The position numbers were made by a program, and so were the translations under genes. Below, piece by piece: positions 1 to 11,239 of a stretch of 64,000 bases of DNA. This DNA is from a virus: positions 6,053-70,052 of IMG/VR virus record IMGVR_UViG_3300020048_000115; one strand, written 5' to 3'. Positions within the stretch are counted from its first letter, which is position 1. Each line of letters starts with the position of its first letter. A model generated the notes under the pieces. That model made no database searches. It had not been told where the DNA came from and saw only the letters and a program-made list of their open reading frames with translations.

Positions 1-685
1 TATATAACAAGGCGTTGGAGCCCCAAGTTCTCATTATTTTTTGTAGTTGTTGTCTATCAACATCATTAATATACTCAAGATCAAAAGATAAGGTTTCACT
101 AATAGGTTTCCTATCTGAGTAAGTATTACCACTACGAGTAGTAGTAAGTTCACTTGAGTCTTGATATCCTAGAGTAATGCCACGACTTACTTGTCGTGAG
201 CTTTCCCAGTACTGTCCACAGATTATTCTGGCGCAGTCAATAGTGCTAGTGCTTGTTACTGTTATTACTATTTTTGTAGTAGACAATAAGGAACTAAACC
301 ATACACTAGTCTTAGTAGCTCCGCCAAAACCAAAATCAGTATAGCTTGGTGCATTGGTGTTATTATAAAGTACTATATCTCTGGTTTTACATGCTTGTAG
401 TGCCGGGCCTGTATCTGATATTAACTGTGTGGAGTCACTTGCACTATAAACCTGAACTCGTATTGTAGCACCAGATTCTAAATTTGTTGCGGGTAAGGCT
501 ACACCGTTTATACTTTGTGTGGTGTCCCACGTCAAAGTATAAACCACACTATTACCAGTACTGCGATGTACGCTGGTTTTATTATTGTTTTTTAAATTAT
601 CAGTACTAAAACCTGCGGCAGTATTAGATGCTGTTATTGTTGCTGTATCTGCTAAGTTATTATAGAGTATTCTTAAATTTGACAT
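1..685 (-). CDS. tail fibre / distal tail protein, partial (continues past window start)
   Basis: Minus-strand frame is open from ATG (685-683) to the window edge (>=228 codons; MSNLRILYNNLADTATITASNTAAGF...). Ser/Thr/Asn-rich like tail fibres. Missing from the ORF track because there is no stop in the window. Confidence 0.5.
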   Translation of the reverse strand, partial: MSNLRILYNNLADTATITASNTAAGFSTDNLKNNNKTSVHRSTGNSVVYTLTWDTTQSINGVALPATNLESGATIRVQVYSASDSTQLISDTGPALQACKTRDIVLYNNTNAPSYTDFGFGGATKTSVWFSSLLSTTKIVITVTSTSTIDCARIICGQYWESSRQVSRGITLGYQDSSELTTTRSGNTYSDRKPISETLSFDLEYINDVDRQQLQKIMRTWGSNALLY

Positions 686-693
686 TTGATTCC

Positions 694-2814
694 TTAAACC
701 GTTATACTAATATATTTGTTAGCTAAATCAATAACAAATAAACCGTCTGAGCTTTTTAGTAGTGCGGCTTCTACCGTGCCACCAAAAGTGGCATTTCCAT
801 CAGTACCTATTGTAAAGGTAGTTTTTGTGCCATTATGGCCAACTAAACCACCAGGAGTCATTGCTACACCGCTTCCCGAAGTTCTTACTCCGGAGGCGTT
901 CCAAGTTAGCGTACCCGCCACAAATCCAGCACCTGCTGTAGCATCCATAGATATGGTACCCGACAAGATGGTAGCACCGGTTTTTGCAATCTTATTATCT
1001 ACTGCGGTTATTAAATCTTGAGCTAATACTCCACTAACATAACTTCCGTTTGGAGCACCTACTGTGGCACTATCTTGCGGTTTAGTAGCCCCTGTTACAG
1101 CAGACCATTCAAATCTTCCTGCGCTTAAAATAGCTGTATTGGTTGGGCTATAAACTACTAAGCCATTACCATCCCACTCTACTCTAGCTCCTAAAGATTT
1201 ACCTATACGAAACTTACCATCACTAGCTAAATAGTATCCGTCTCCAGCGGCAAGACTAGTAGCTGTTCCGCCTTTAATACTTCCTGTGACCGTTAAGGCC
1301 CCAGTATTAGCACTAATTGCTTGTAGGTTACCAACTTTTAGTGTACTAATATAAGGGAATCCCCAAGTAGTGTTGCCGTCAGCTATATATATACCGTCAC
1401 TTTGGTAGACTGTTTCGCCTTCGAGTAATGCCGTACTTGGTGCGGTTGAAGTCCATGTTTTGCCTACAAACCACGTTCCTGTTACCGGTAAGGCATCTCC
1501 TGTAGATACATAAGTTGTAGGAGTAGTTGCAGGTGTAGTAGTTACTACCACATACGCACGGCGAGCACTTGAGCCGTCTGAGCCGTCTGAGCCGTCTGTG
1601 CCGTAATAACTTAGTGGAGTTATTGATGACTGAGCCCAGTCTACGGTACTTGTGGTTTGTGCTTGTGCAGCTTGTACTAATACTTGGGCAATGTACAATA
1701 CCTGCCCTGGAGCTTCTGTGGGTGCAGTTAAGCTCCAGTTAGCTGGTGCAGCAAAAGTATTATTACTCCATGTAAGTGTACTAGTACCAATTATACCTGG
1801 AATACTAATGGCATTTTTATATACTTTAGCAGTATACGTTTTTATTAACTCATTGGCTTCTGTGGTTACCAATTTAATAGACGAACCCGAGGTCCAAGTA
1901 GTAGAAATTTGAGTATTTACTAAACTTGCTTCTGAGGTTATTAACTTAGTTGCTTTCCATAAGCCTATACCTACGTTACCTGGATTTGTGGGTACTGTGC
2001 TTGCCCAATCAGTGCCACTATAAGAGTGAGTATTAGTAGTCCAAGTATATAAACTAGTTCCAGTAGGTAGTGCTGGCTGCCCCACACTCCACTTATATAC
2101 GTATATTTCATTGGCCTGTATGCCGCCTGCTCCGGCTTTGGCTTTGGTTATATTATACGTTGCTGTATATGTTATAAGGTTTTTTAATGCTGTAACAGTA
2201 AAGTTCTCCACAGAACCTGTCCAGGTATTTGGTGCAGACTGTGATAAAGTTATCTGTCCAGTACTAGAATTAACTGCTAGCGTTAAACCATTTTTAGTTT
2301 GTGTTGCTGGGCCATAAACCAACGTTTCCGTAACCTTATTAACGCCATTGTATAGCTCAACATAGTTAGCTTCTGTAGGTAAAGTATATCCGGTACCATC
2401 ATTATAGCTTGGTACTAAATCAATTGGTCGCTGTACTTTTGCTACTAATTGATTATAGATTTTACTAATACTAATAGGTACTGCTTGATACGCAGCTCCT
2501 TGCCAGCTCACAGAAGCATTTATGGTTACAAAATCACCAGTAAAACTATTTGGTAGAATTATTAGTTGATTAGGAATATTTGGGTTTACTACTGGTGCAG
2601 GACTTAGGCCTGTGGACGTAAACGTCACAGTGCCCTCTAGTCTGCCTAATAAACTTGCGGTTACTATAATTTGAGTAGGTTGTGGTAAGTTATCTGAGCC
2701 ATATTTAAACTGCAAACTAGGTGCAGTTAAAACTAAATAATTTGTACTAACTTGTAGTACTCTTGGAACTACTGCTTGTAGTGCTAGGTCACGTGAATTA
2801 ATTGGTGTTGTCAT
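694..2814 (-). CDS. tail fibre / receptor-binding protein (706 aa)
   Basis: Last large gene of the tail operon. Thr/Ser/Gly/Asn-rich composition. Internal GSDGSDGSDGS repeat encoded by 3x gagccgtct at about 1557-1592. Confidence 0.55.
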   Translation of the reverse strand: MTTPINSRDLALQAVVPRVLQVSTNYLVLTAPSLQFKYGSDNLPQPTQIIVTASLLGRLEGTVTFTSTGLSPAPVVNPNIPNQLIILPNSFTGDFVTINASVSWQGAAYQAVPISISKIYNQLVAKVQRPIDLVPSYNDGTGYTLPTEANYVELYNGVNKVTETLVYGPATQTKNGLTLAVNSSTGQITLSQSAPNTWTGSVENFTVTALKNLITYTATYNITKAKAGAGGIQANEIYVYKWSVGQPALPTGTSLYTWTTNTHSYSGTDWASTVPTNPGNVGIGLWKATKLITSEASLVNTQISTTWTSGSSIKLVTTEANELIKTYTAKVYKNAISIPGIIGTSTLTWSNNTFAAPANWSLTAPTEAPGQVLYIAQVLVQAAQAQTTSTVDWAQSSITPLSYYGTDGSDGSDGSSARRAYVVVTTTPATTPTTYVSTGDALPVTGTWFVGKTWTSTAPSTALLEGETVYQSDGIYIADGNTTWGFPYISTLKVGNLQAISANTGALTVTGSIKGGTATSLAAGDGYYLASDGKFRIGKSLGARVEWDGNGLVVYSPTNTAILSAGRFEWSAVTGATKPQDSATVGAPNGSYVSGVLAQDLITAVDNKIAKTGATILSGTISMDATAGAGFVAGTLTWNASGVRTSGSGVAMTPGGLVGHNGTKTTFTIGTDGNATFGGTVEAALLKSSDGLFVIDLANKYISITV

Positions 2815-2815
2815 A

Positions 2816-4285
2816 TTAAACTAATACTCCTATGTCAACAAATCCTGTAATCCAGTCTCGATTTATTGAGTAAACTAAACCTAGTTTACCGCTAGATAAA
2901 CCGAATCTATTCGACGTTACTTGTACTATATCGCCTAGTTGTACAAAAATTAATTCTGGTAAATATTTTGCTGTTATTATGTATCTTTGTTGTTCCCAAA
3001 GAGCTAGTCTTTTTGCAGCTTCTGTATCTGCATTAGCTGTGGTTATTAACAAAGTTGGTTCTTCTGTTACTGTTCCACTATCTCTATACAGTGTTTGTTT
3101 TGTAGTGTTTATTGCTGTAGAGTATAACCACTCAGTATCAAACTTGCTTTCTGGATTTAATCCTTCTGCGACAGTTGCCTGTATAGTATAATTTTTACAA
3201 TAAGCTAGTTTAATACTTGGCTTTACTGCGAACATTTCTGAAATAGATAGTGTATTGATTACCATATTGTTATCATTAAGATAATACTTTGGGGTTCCTG
3301 TAGGAACTTTTAACTCAACTAATCTTAATTTGCTAGTACTAACTACGTCATTGGTTACTACAATTGAGGGACATATTAAGTTCGCATTTACACTTTTAGC
3401 AATTTCAGTACAAGTTTCTAAAATATTTTTTCTATCATTACAGTATATGCCTACTGGACTTAGATTAGTAAAATCTGAAAAACTAATATCCGACAGAGAA
3501 AACTTGTTTTCTGTGGTTCCATACGTGGTTACTATTTTTGATATAATACTAGGTACAGTGCTTGTTGTTCCCTGAACACTACAAGTTATTGTTCCATAGG
3601 GCTGCGTCAATAACGCAAAAGTACCTAAAGTAGTATTTGGTGTAACTATAATAGGTACCCCATTGTCACGTACTTCAACAAAACCAGTAATAGCACCATC
3701 ATGTGCCATATATACTTGACCCGTGTTGGCGGTAGAACCATTATCTACAAGTAATGGCTGTATGTTAAAACACTCGCCAAATAATAACGGAAGTACGGTA
3801 TCTAGTGTATTTTGTGAGTACGCGGTACTAGCTAAAGTTTTTTCACTTATAGGTTCATTTAATCTTTGTAGTTTATCGAATAAACTAAAGCTTAGTGTTT
3901 GTTCACTTGGAGCAACTATTTCTTGAATTAAACCATCAAAAATTAATACAAAGTCGTCTTTAACCCAACTTGGATCTCCTAAGTATATTTTAATAGGGCG
4001 CTTGTTCCAGACATACTGTAAAAAATCGTCATAAATTCCGCTAGTATTAACTATATCTAAGCTGCCAAAGCTAATACTTGTGGTTCCTGTTATACTTAAA
4101 GATTCTGAAAAATTTAAGCCTCCAAGAATACAAGCATTATACGAAACATTATTCCCAAAATATGCTAAACTAGATAAAAAGAAGTCGGAAACTACTGTGT
4201 TTCCGACTTCTGTGATATCAGCTAGTATACACTTTAAGTGCCCCGGCGTATTAAGCCAGGTAATTACTTCGCTTACTGTTTTCAT
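2816..4285 (-). CDS. distal tail / tail-tip (baseplate hub-like) protein, 489 aa
   Basis: Lies immediately downstream of the tape measure gene and is packed tightly against the fibre gene. Assigned by position only. Confidence 0.4.
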   Translation of the reverse strand: MKTVSEVITWLNTPGHLKCILADITEVGNTVVSDFFLSSLAYFGNNVSYNACILGGLNFSESLSITGTTSISFGSLDIVNTSGIYDDFLQYVWNKRPIKIYLGDPSWVKDDFVLIFDGLIQEIVAPSEQTLSFSLFDKLQRLNEPISEKTLASTAYSQNTLDTVLPLLFGECFNIQPLLVDNGSTANTGQVYMAHDGAITGFVEVRDNGVPIIVTPNTTLGTFALLTQPYGTITCSVQGTTSTVPSIISKIVTTYGTTENKFSLSDISFSDFTNLSPVGIYCNDRKNILETCTEIAKSVNANLICPSIVVTNDVVSTSKLRLVELKVPTGTPKYYLNDNNMVINTLSISEMFAVKPSIKLAYCKNYTIQATVAEGLNPESKFDTEWLYSTAINTTKQTLYRDSGTVTEEPTLLITTANADTEAAKRLALWEQQRYIITAKYLPELIFVQLGDIVQVTSNRFGLSSGKLGLVYSINRDWITGFVDIGVLV

Positions 4286-7200
4286 TTAATATTTGCCTTA
4301 TTCTGTAAACGATTGGCCTGAATAGTTTTATCAGAACCCTCAACAACTGCTTGTGCAATTTGTTCAGTATTACGGTCAGTGGCTTTTGCATTTATTATTG
4401 CACCCTCAGCTACTGTACTTTCTAGACTATCGATTTTTTGATTGAGCTTACTAATTTGTACTAACATTTCGCGAGAATACGCGTCATTATTACCCATTTG
4501 AGTCATTAACTTAAAGTTATCGGCTGCAGGAATAATACGCTCGCCTTTATGAATTTTAGCAATCATATCATTAGGAACATAATTTGTACCTACTGCAAAA
4601 CTTTCAGTTGATACGCCCGTACCACCCAAAGTTATATATGTTTGTAATAATTCAGCAGTTGTTTTACTAGCAGTACTAATACTTTCTAAGAAACTATTTG
4701 CAGTTTCTAGTGCAGTTAGTTGTCTCTCGGAATCAGTTAATTGCTGGGTTAATGAGCTGCCTACATTATCAACTAGGGCCATTACGCTATTAAAGTCTAC
4801 AGTATACTGAGCACCGCTTGCATATAAGCCGCGAGACAGCGCCAAGAACTTATCTGTTGAAGAACTTAGCTTACTAAGTGCTGAGTTTTTTGCTTCGATT
4901 TCTTCAGGAGTAGTAGCGGTTTTAGTAATAGTAGCAGTTAATTTTTCTATTTCAGATTTAGCTAAAGCATATTGCTGTGACGCAGTTAGTGTAGAATTAG
5001 CACCAGACTGTAAAGCAAGTTTATAGTCTTGTAGACTTGTAATCTGTGTTTTTATAGTTTTAGTTACGTTTTGTAAACTAGTTTGAAGTGCTTTTGCTGC
5101 AGCAACTTGATCTTCTTTTAACCAGATTTCGCGCTGTAATGCACGATTACCTTCGTATAAAGCATCAAGTTCTAATTGACGTAAAGCTTCTTTGCTAGCA
5201 CCTAGTTGAGATAATTTTTTATCTAGTGTTTTACGTTCTTCTGCTTCTTTTACGGCTTCTGCTGTTACTGCTACAAAACCTTCTGAAACATTCATAAGTG
5301 CTTGATACGTGGCTTTTCCAGACTCAGTAGATAAATCTAAACTCTGTACAAGTGATTTAAACTCATCGCGAGTATCAACACCAGCATAACCAAGTCTAGT
5401 CATTTCTGCTGTAACAGCCTTTTGAATAGGTGCGATTTGTTCTGCTTCTGTTAAGAAGTTGGTTTTAAAGAAATCGTACTGTGCTACAAAGTTATCTAAG
5501 CCACCTGCTAATTTCGATAAGCTTTCTGTAATGTCGTATACACCTGCAACAGTTTGGTCAATACCCATATTTGTAAGTACTTGCTGAATCTTAGTATTAG
5601 TATCAACTACACGTACTACGGTAGTTAAATAACTTTCACCAAATTTCTTGTACTTGTCAAAACTAGAGAATAGTGACTTTGCAGCATCGTCTAATCTACT
5701 ACCAATTACTGCGTTTAGTTCTGCTGTGATCTGATCTCCAGTTAAGCCTTTTAAATCAATATCAATATTTGTAGCCATGTTGTTGAAAACACTTTGTACA
5801 GTTGCGGCAGTTATTCCCGCGCTAGCTCCAATTTCTATAAATAGATTTTTTGACTCTATGAATACATCACGAATTGCAGAAGTGGCTTGTGCGCTGATTT
5901 CTGCGATCTCTCTGCGACGCTCGGTCCAGTCACTATCACTACCAAACCAGCCACCATCTTCATGAAATTGTGTTACTATGTCTTTATATTGTTTAACGCT
6001 TCCTGTCGTATCATCAATAAGTTTTTGGAAACTTCCACGTAGTTGAATACCGGCACTTTCAATACTAGAACTAGCAGTAGTTCCACCACCAAATATACTA
6101 CCAAGTATTCCGCCAACTAGTGGTATGCTGCCAAAAAATCCTGCATTACTAGTAGTTCCAGTTTGGCTACCGAAACTAGTACCACCCTGACGTAGACCAG
6201 GAATAGCATAAATAGCTGTAGCTGCTCCAGTTAAAGCATCGCTTAAACCTTGTAGTGCTTTAAGCATTTTGTTATCATAAGTTAATCCTTCTACAGAATT
6301 ATCTCTGATAATTTCTAATGACTTATTAATACTATCTACTTTAGCAGAGCTATCGCCAAATACACCACCACCAGTTTCTACTTTATTGCCCATGGCATCA
6401 TAAGTAATTCCAGTACCTTGTGTTTCTTGACGCTGTTCACTATTCATGGCAAATGCTGCACTTGATTTACTTCCGCCGCCAAAAGCTGAACCTAATAGTC
6501 CTGCTACAATAGCGGCCATTGCTGCACCGGCTATAAAACCCAGTGGAAAAGGTGCAGCCAATGCCTTTGTAATTGCTTCTAGTCCCGAAGCTCCTGCACG
6601 TGCTAAAGAATTAGCAATACTGGACCCGGTTTTAGCTGTATCAAAAAACATTTCTTTGATATCCATAGCTAAACGAGCAATATGTAATCCCTTTTCTAAA
6701 GTAGCTAATGCTTTATATGCAAAGGTCTTTTCTTTGAATAGTCCCTTAGTAGCACCTACAACGCTAGCCATTCCGCTTATTTCGGCTTTAGTATTTTTTG
6801 TTTGTTGCTTAGAAATTTCATTTTCTATTAATAGTCGCTTTTTAGGGTCATCCTGCGCGTCTCTTTCAAACTCTAAGTCAGCTAGTGCTTTAGCACCTTT
6901 CTCACTAGATATAGCTATTTGTGTTAGTGCCGTAGTTAGCCCGCCAAGTTTGCTACCTAAGTCACCAAAAACATTAGTTAAACTAGTAGCTAGTTGAGTA
7001 CTATTATTTAGTAGTTCATTATAGCGCTCTTGTTCTAAGTTAATTTCTTTGGTCTTTTCTAGTAAAGCTATCTTGGAGTTATACTGCAGGCCTAGCCCTG
7101 CTATAGTATTATTATTAATTGTTTCTTGTCTAGATAACTCAGCATTTGCTGCATCAATTAATGCTTTATTCTTTTCAGCACCATCTTGTTGCAATATAGT

Positions 7201-10200
7201 TATTCTAGCTTGTGCTTCTTCTCGTTTTTGTGCAATAGTATCTTGAGCCTGTTGCATAGCAACGCTTGTGTCAAGCAAAGCTTTTTCTTTGTCTAGAGCG
7301 GATTGGGTACTAATTACATATTCTTGCGAATATTGATTAGCAGTACTTTGCAGACCCAATAATTGGCTCTGAGTATTTAGTCTTTCACTAGCAGTTAAAT
7401 TTTCTAGATCACTAGTAGATTTGAGTAATTCGTATCGCTTAGAAATACTAGATAATTCTTCTGTTAATAGCTCTTGCTTATTTTTGACTATGGTTAGCGA
7501 ATTATCTGCCGCTTGAGCTTTTTGAGTCTCGGATCTAACTTTTCCTAACTGTGTAATTTGCTTATCTTGTGCCGCAACAACTGCGTCGCTTTCTTTAGTA
7601 TTTTGTTTAGCGGCACTATTACGTAAGGCTTGAGCTTCGGCTATTTTTGAATCAATATCTGCTATTTCACGTTTTTGCTTAGCTTCTGTGTTTGTTATTT
7701 CTAGTAACTGTTTACCAGAAATAATTTCTGCACTGGTAACACCAGCAATACTTTTAAGTATGTCTGAGCGTGCCAGTAAACTAGTATTAGTTCTGTCTGC
7801 AATCTTCTTTAGTTCTTCTGCTTGTGCTGCTTCTGCTCCTGGCAGCTGTGCACCTGTAGAAAGCTTACTAGCAGTCATCTGACTAGTAATACCTATTCTA
7901 GCTGCTTGTAGACCTTTTTTGCGTAGTTGTTCCGTAGTACTGATTTCTTTAGCAATTCTTGCTCTGTCGAGTTCGTCTAGTCCTTCTGCACCAAGGTCTC
8001 CTAGTCTACCGCGAGCCATAGAAACTGCTTTAGAAGCGGCCTCATTTTGCTTTATGGAAATTTCATCAGTTTTATTAGCATTCTTTACAAGAACATTAGA
8101 CTCAGCCTGTAACGCGTTAGCTAGTTTCATTTCATTAACTAACTGGGTTTGGCTATCTAATAGGCTCTCTGATATATCTATAGCAGCTAATTGGTTCTGT
8201 AGTTCTTTCTGTCTAAGGGCATTGTCTACTTCTAGCTTTTGTGGACCGGTTAAATTAAATGTTAGTGCTCTAGCAATTGTAAGAGACGCCGCATTCTGTG
8301 CCTCTCTGATAGCTTTGTTAATATACTCCATGCCTTTAGCAAACAGTACTTTAGCAGAGTCTTGAATTAACTTAAGTCCTTGGTCTATAGCTTCACGGGA
8401 AAGCTTATTACCGGCAGATTGTGCTTCTCTGAAGTTCATTGAAGCAACCTCGGCCGCTGCTTGAAGCTCTTGTCGTTTTCTTGTGTTAACAGAACCGCCA
8501 ACTGCAGCTCCTCCGCCTGTTTCTGTAAAACGAGCTTGATTAGTTGCAACAGCTTCGTTAGCTACGTCTAGTTTCTTTTTGTAGTCTACTAAAGCAAGCT
8601 TAGAAGCATCAATAGCTTGTTTTTGTGCTACGAATGCCTGGCTTATTTGTGCAAATCCAGATACAAAGTCTTTTCCGAACATGGCACTTTTTTCCATGTT
8701 TTTACCAAGCTCTTCTAGAGCTTGGGCAACTCTTTCTGGGCCCATAGAAGATAACTCGTCTAAGCTTTGGCTTACGGCTATTAAACTTTCGCCATATTTA
8801 AAAGCAGGGCTAGAGTCTACAAAACTATTAGATAAAGTTTTAAGTGCTTTAAGTGCTTCATCAGTTTTATCTTTAAAACCCTGTAGTGCGGAACTTGCAT
8901 TACCAAGAGCTCGATTTGCATCATTTTGAATGCCAATTAAAGCATCTTGTTGATCTTTTCTTAGATTCTTAAATGCTGTCGCAACTTTATCAACATTGTT
9001 CAAAGAATCTACATTTAGTATTTTCTTTATTTGTGCTTCGTATTCTTCTGCTAGACCTTCTCGGCCCAACAGAGTAATACTTGATTGTATTTGTTGAGCA
9101 ATTGTTTTAGCTAATTTAGTTGCACGATCTTGACCAGCTACTGAAAATACACTATCCCAGAATCTATCCCAAGCACCGGCGGCTTTATCAGCTTCGCGAG
9201 CAAGTTTAATTATTTCTGTGGCGCTACTAGTTAGTTCATTTAGTGCATTAGATAGTGCTACTGTATTAGCAATATTTTTTGTTGCAAAGCCCTCAATAGA
9301 GCTAGCTGCTGTTAGTGTTCTTGCGACATTTGCAATTGACTCTTCGGCACCAGTTAAGGCTTTGTTAAATTTCTCTGCTTGTTTGGCATTTTTACTCAAC
9401 CAACCATCTAATAACATAAAGCCAGCTACACCTAAAGCGATTGCTTGAGCAACGCCCCCCAAAGCACCAACTACTCCCATAATGCGAGTACCAACTGCAG
9501 CTAGACCACCTTGTGCTAAAGTACTATACTTAGCGAAACCAGTTATACCTTTATCCGCTATTTCTTTGTTTAGTAATCCCCAAGACGCGCGTACACCAGC
9601 TACACTTGCAACTTGTGCTGCATTAGAAATAGCATTTGTTTGATCTACTTTAATACGTAATTTTTGATATTTTTCAAGAGCAATAACTTCTGGATCAAAT
9701 CTACCCACGGGCCTATCTGCTAATGCTTCAGTGCCGGCACGGCCTTCTGCTAAAGCTTGTTTTTGCTTATATAAAACTAAAGCTTTTTCTATGTATGATA
9801 CTTCTTGCTTAGCTGCTGAGATTTGAGCATCGCTGGCCTTTTTGTTACCCCTCATGCCGGATTCAATTAAAGCATTGCGCGTAGATAAAGCTCGGTTTAT
9901 ATTAGCTTGACTAAGTTCGCCTTCACCTAGTCTTTGAACAGACACAGGCATTTTTCCAGCAAACTTTAGCTTAGCTAAATCAGCTTCCGCTTTTTTAACG
10001 CCGGCTTCAAGATCTGGTATTTGGAAACGCTTTTCTAAGATTGTTTGAAACTCATCGCCAAAAGATTCTCTGAAAGTAATTGAGGCTTTTAAAGCTTCTT
10101 CTGCAGTATTACGTAATCCAGCTCTTAACTGGCCAATAGCCGGTAAAGCTTGTTTTAGTAGTACATAACCGATACCCGTTAAAACCGCAGTTAAAGCAGT

Positions 10201-11100
10201 AGGTGAGTTAGCTAGTAAGCTAACTATAGGAGATAATACTTTATTGATTAATTCGCCGCCGCTTTGTAGTACGTTCTTTAAAGAGGCTAGTAATTTATCG
10301 TAAGGATTTGATGCAGCTTCTGCTAAAGCCCCGAATTTCTTTTCGCCTTCTTCTAGTACGGCGTTAGCAAACGCTTGGCGACGTTCAAAGTCAGATAGTG
10401 AACTAGCAGATTTTCCTAGCTCTAGGGCATATTTTTCTGTAGCAGGGCCAATTTTAGTAAATAATCCTAATTCATCTAATAATTCTGGTTCTAGCTTAAC
10501 GATACCGCGGCTGATACGGCTTAGTGCATCCGGCATAGATACGCCTAGTGCTAAACTAGCATTCTTTGCTACAAGTGCTAGTCTTTCAATGTTTTTTCCA
10601 CTCATACCGGCACTACTAGCTTGTGCCGTCGCTGTCATAGCTTCGCGCATACTAACTGCACCATCTGTGACTTCTACTAATCGCTTACTTAAAGTACCTA
10701 AGCTTCTACCGCTGGCTGCACCAAGAGTATCCAAGCCCTTTATTAAGTTTGTGGTATCGGCAGCAGACTTTAATGCAGTAAATGCAGCGCCAACAGCAAA
10801 TAAGTTAGCAGCATAAGTAGCGTATAAACGTACTAACCCGCCTAAGCCTTGTGCTTGATTTGCGAAATCTCTAGCACCTGCTCCAGTAGCACCAGCGGCA
10901 CCCCGTGCACGGCCATACTCCTGCCCAGACATAAGGGCTTCGCTACCCCGAGGAGCTGCTTTAGCAGATACACTAATATTTTGTGCAGTTTTTTGAGTTG
11001 CTTTTAATGCAGAGTGTAAAATCTCTACATCTTTAATTGTTTTCTTGGAACTTCCATTATCACTAATGTTTATACCAACATTTACGTTTTGTGTGGCCAT
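4282..11100 (-). CDS. tail tape measure protein (2272 aa)
   Basis: Very long ORF with coiled-coil composition rich in A/L/Q/E/K. Glycine-rich hydrophobic segment GFIAGAAMAAIVAGLLGSAFGGG. Lies directly after the G/G-T chaperone pair. Confidence 0.85.
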   Translation of the reverse strand: MATQNVNVGINISDNGSSKKTIKDVEILHSALKATQKTAQNISVSAKAAPRGSEALMSGQEYGRARGAAGATGAGARDFANQAQGLGGLVRLYATYAANLFAVGAAFTALKSAADTTNLIKGLDTLGAASGRSLGTLSKRLVEVTDGAVSMREAMTATAQASSAGMSGKNIERLALVAKNASLALGVSMPDALSRISRGIVKLEPELLDELGLFTKIGPATEKYALELGKSASSLSDFERRQAFANAVLEEGEKKFGALAEAASNPYDKLLASLKNVLQSGGELINKVLSPIVSLLANSPTALTAVLTGIGYVLLKQALPAIGQLRAGLRNTAEEALKASITFRESFGDEFQTILEKRFQIPDLEAGVKKAEADLAKLKFAGKMPVSVQRLGEGELSQANINRALSTRNALIESGMRGNKKASDAQISAAKQEVSYIEKALVLYKQKQALAEGRAGTEALADRPVGRFDPEVIALEKYQKLRIKVDQTNAISNAAQVASVAGVRASWGLLNKEIADKGITGFAKYSTLAQGGLAAVGTRIMGVVGALGGVAQAIALGVAGFMLLDGWLSKNAKQAEKFNKALTGAEESIANVARTLTAASSIEGFATKNIANTVALSNALNELTSSATEIIKLAREADKAAGAWDRFWDSVFSVAGQDRATKLAKTIAQQIQSSITLLGREGLAEEYEAQIKKILNVDSLNNVDKVATAFKNLRKDQQDALIGIQNDANRALGNASSALQGFKDKTDEALKALKTLSNSFVDSSPAFKYGESLIAVSQSLDELSSMGPERVAQALEELGKNMEKSAMFGKDFVSGFAQISQAFVAQKQAIDASKLALVDYKKKLDVANEAVATNQARFTETGGGAAVGGSVNTRKRQELQAAAEVASMNFREAQSAGNKLSREAIDQGLKLIQDSAKVLFAKGMEYINKAIREAQNAASLTIARALTFNLTGPQKLEVDNALRQKELQNQLAAIDISESLLDSQTQLVNEMKLANALQAESNVLVKNANKTDEISIKQNEAASKAVSMARGRLGDLGAEGLDELDRARIAKEISTTEQLRKKGLQAARIGITSQMTASKLSTGAQLPGAEAAQAEELKKIADRTNTSLLARSDILKSIAGVTSAEIISGKQLLEITNTEAKQKREIADIDSKIAEAQALRNSAAKQNTKESDAVVAAQDKQITQLGKVRSETQKAQAADNSLTIVKNKQELLTEELSSISKRYELLKSTSDLENLTASERLNTQSQLLGLQSTANQYSQEYVISTQSALDKEKALLDTSVAMQQAQDTIAQKREEAQARITILQQDGAEKNKALIDAANAELSRQETINNNTIAGLGLQYNSKIALLEKTKEINLEQERYNELLNNSTQLATSLTNVFGDLGSKLGGLTTALTQIAISSEKGAKALADLEFERDAQDDPKKRLLIENEISKQQTKNTKAEISGMASVVGATKGLFKEKTFAYKALATLEKGLHIARLAMDIKEMFFDTAKTGSSIANSLARAGASGLEAITKALAAPFPLGFIAGAAMAAIVAGLLGSAFGGGSKSSAAFAMNSEQRQETQGTGITYDAMGNKVETGGGVFGDSSAKVDSINKSLEIIRDNSVEGLTYDNKMLKALQGLSDALTGAATAIYAIPGLRQGGTSFGSQTGTTSNAGFFGSIPLVGGILGSIFGGGTTASSSIESAGIQLRGSFQKLIDDTTGSVKQYKDIVTQFHEDGGWFGSDSDWTERRREIAEISAQATSAIRDVFIESKNLFIEIGASAGITAATVQSVFNNMATNIDIDLKGLTGDQITAELNAVIGSRLDDAAKSLFSSFDKYKKFGESYLTTVVRVVDTNTKIQQVLTNMGIDQTVAGVYDITESLSKLAGGLDNFVAQYDFFKTNFLTEAEQIAPIQKAVTAEMTRLGYAGVDTRDEFKSLVQSLDLSTESGKATYQALMNVSEGFVAVTAEAVKEAEERKTLDKKLSQLGASKEALRQLELDALYEGNRALQREIWLKEDQVAAAKALQTSLQNVTKTIKTQITSLQDYKLALQSGANSTLTASQQYALAKSEIEKLTATITKTATTPEEIEAKNSALSKLSSSTDKFLALSRGLYASGAQYTVDFNSVMALVDNVGSSLTQQLTDSERQLTALETANSFLESISTASKTTAELLQTYITLGGTGVSTESFAVGTNYVPNDMIAKIHKGERIIPAADNFKLMTQMGNNDAYSREMLVQISKLNQKIDSLESTVAEGAIINAKATDRNTEQIAQAVVEGSDKTIQANRLQNKANIK

Positions 11101-11239
11101 TTGTTCTCCTAATAGCGTGACACCATTCCATGATTAAAACTAATTATGGATTTATAGTTATCACGATTATATCATACAAGCATAATTTTGTCAAACCGAA
11201 ATTTTTAAGGTACAAAAAAAGCCCTTAAATTATAGAAAT

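Noticed and set aside
1557-1592. Tandem 9-bp repeat gagccgtct x3, considered as a possible CRISPR or minisatellite
   Set aside because: Only three units, no spacers, and in-frame within the fibre gene, where it encodes GSDGSDGSDGS.
6446-10816. Several plus-strand ORFs of 60-183 aa inside the tape measure gene (6446-6997, 7919-8365 and others)
   Set aside because: They are antisense to a 6.8 kb highly repetitive coiled-coil gene. Ala/Ser/Leu-rich shadow ORFs are the expected artefact of such sequence. No start or ribosome-binding context.
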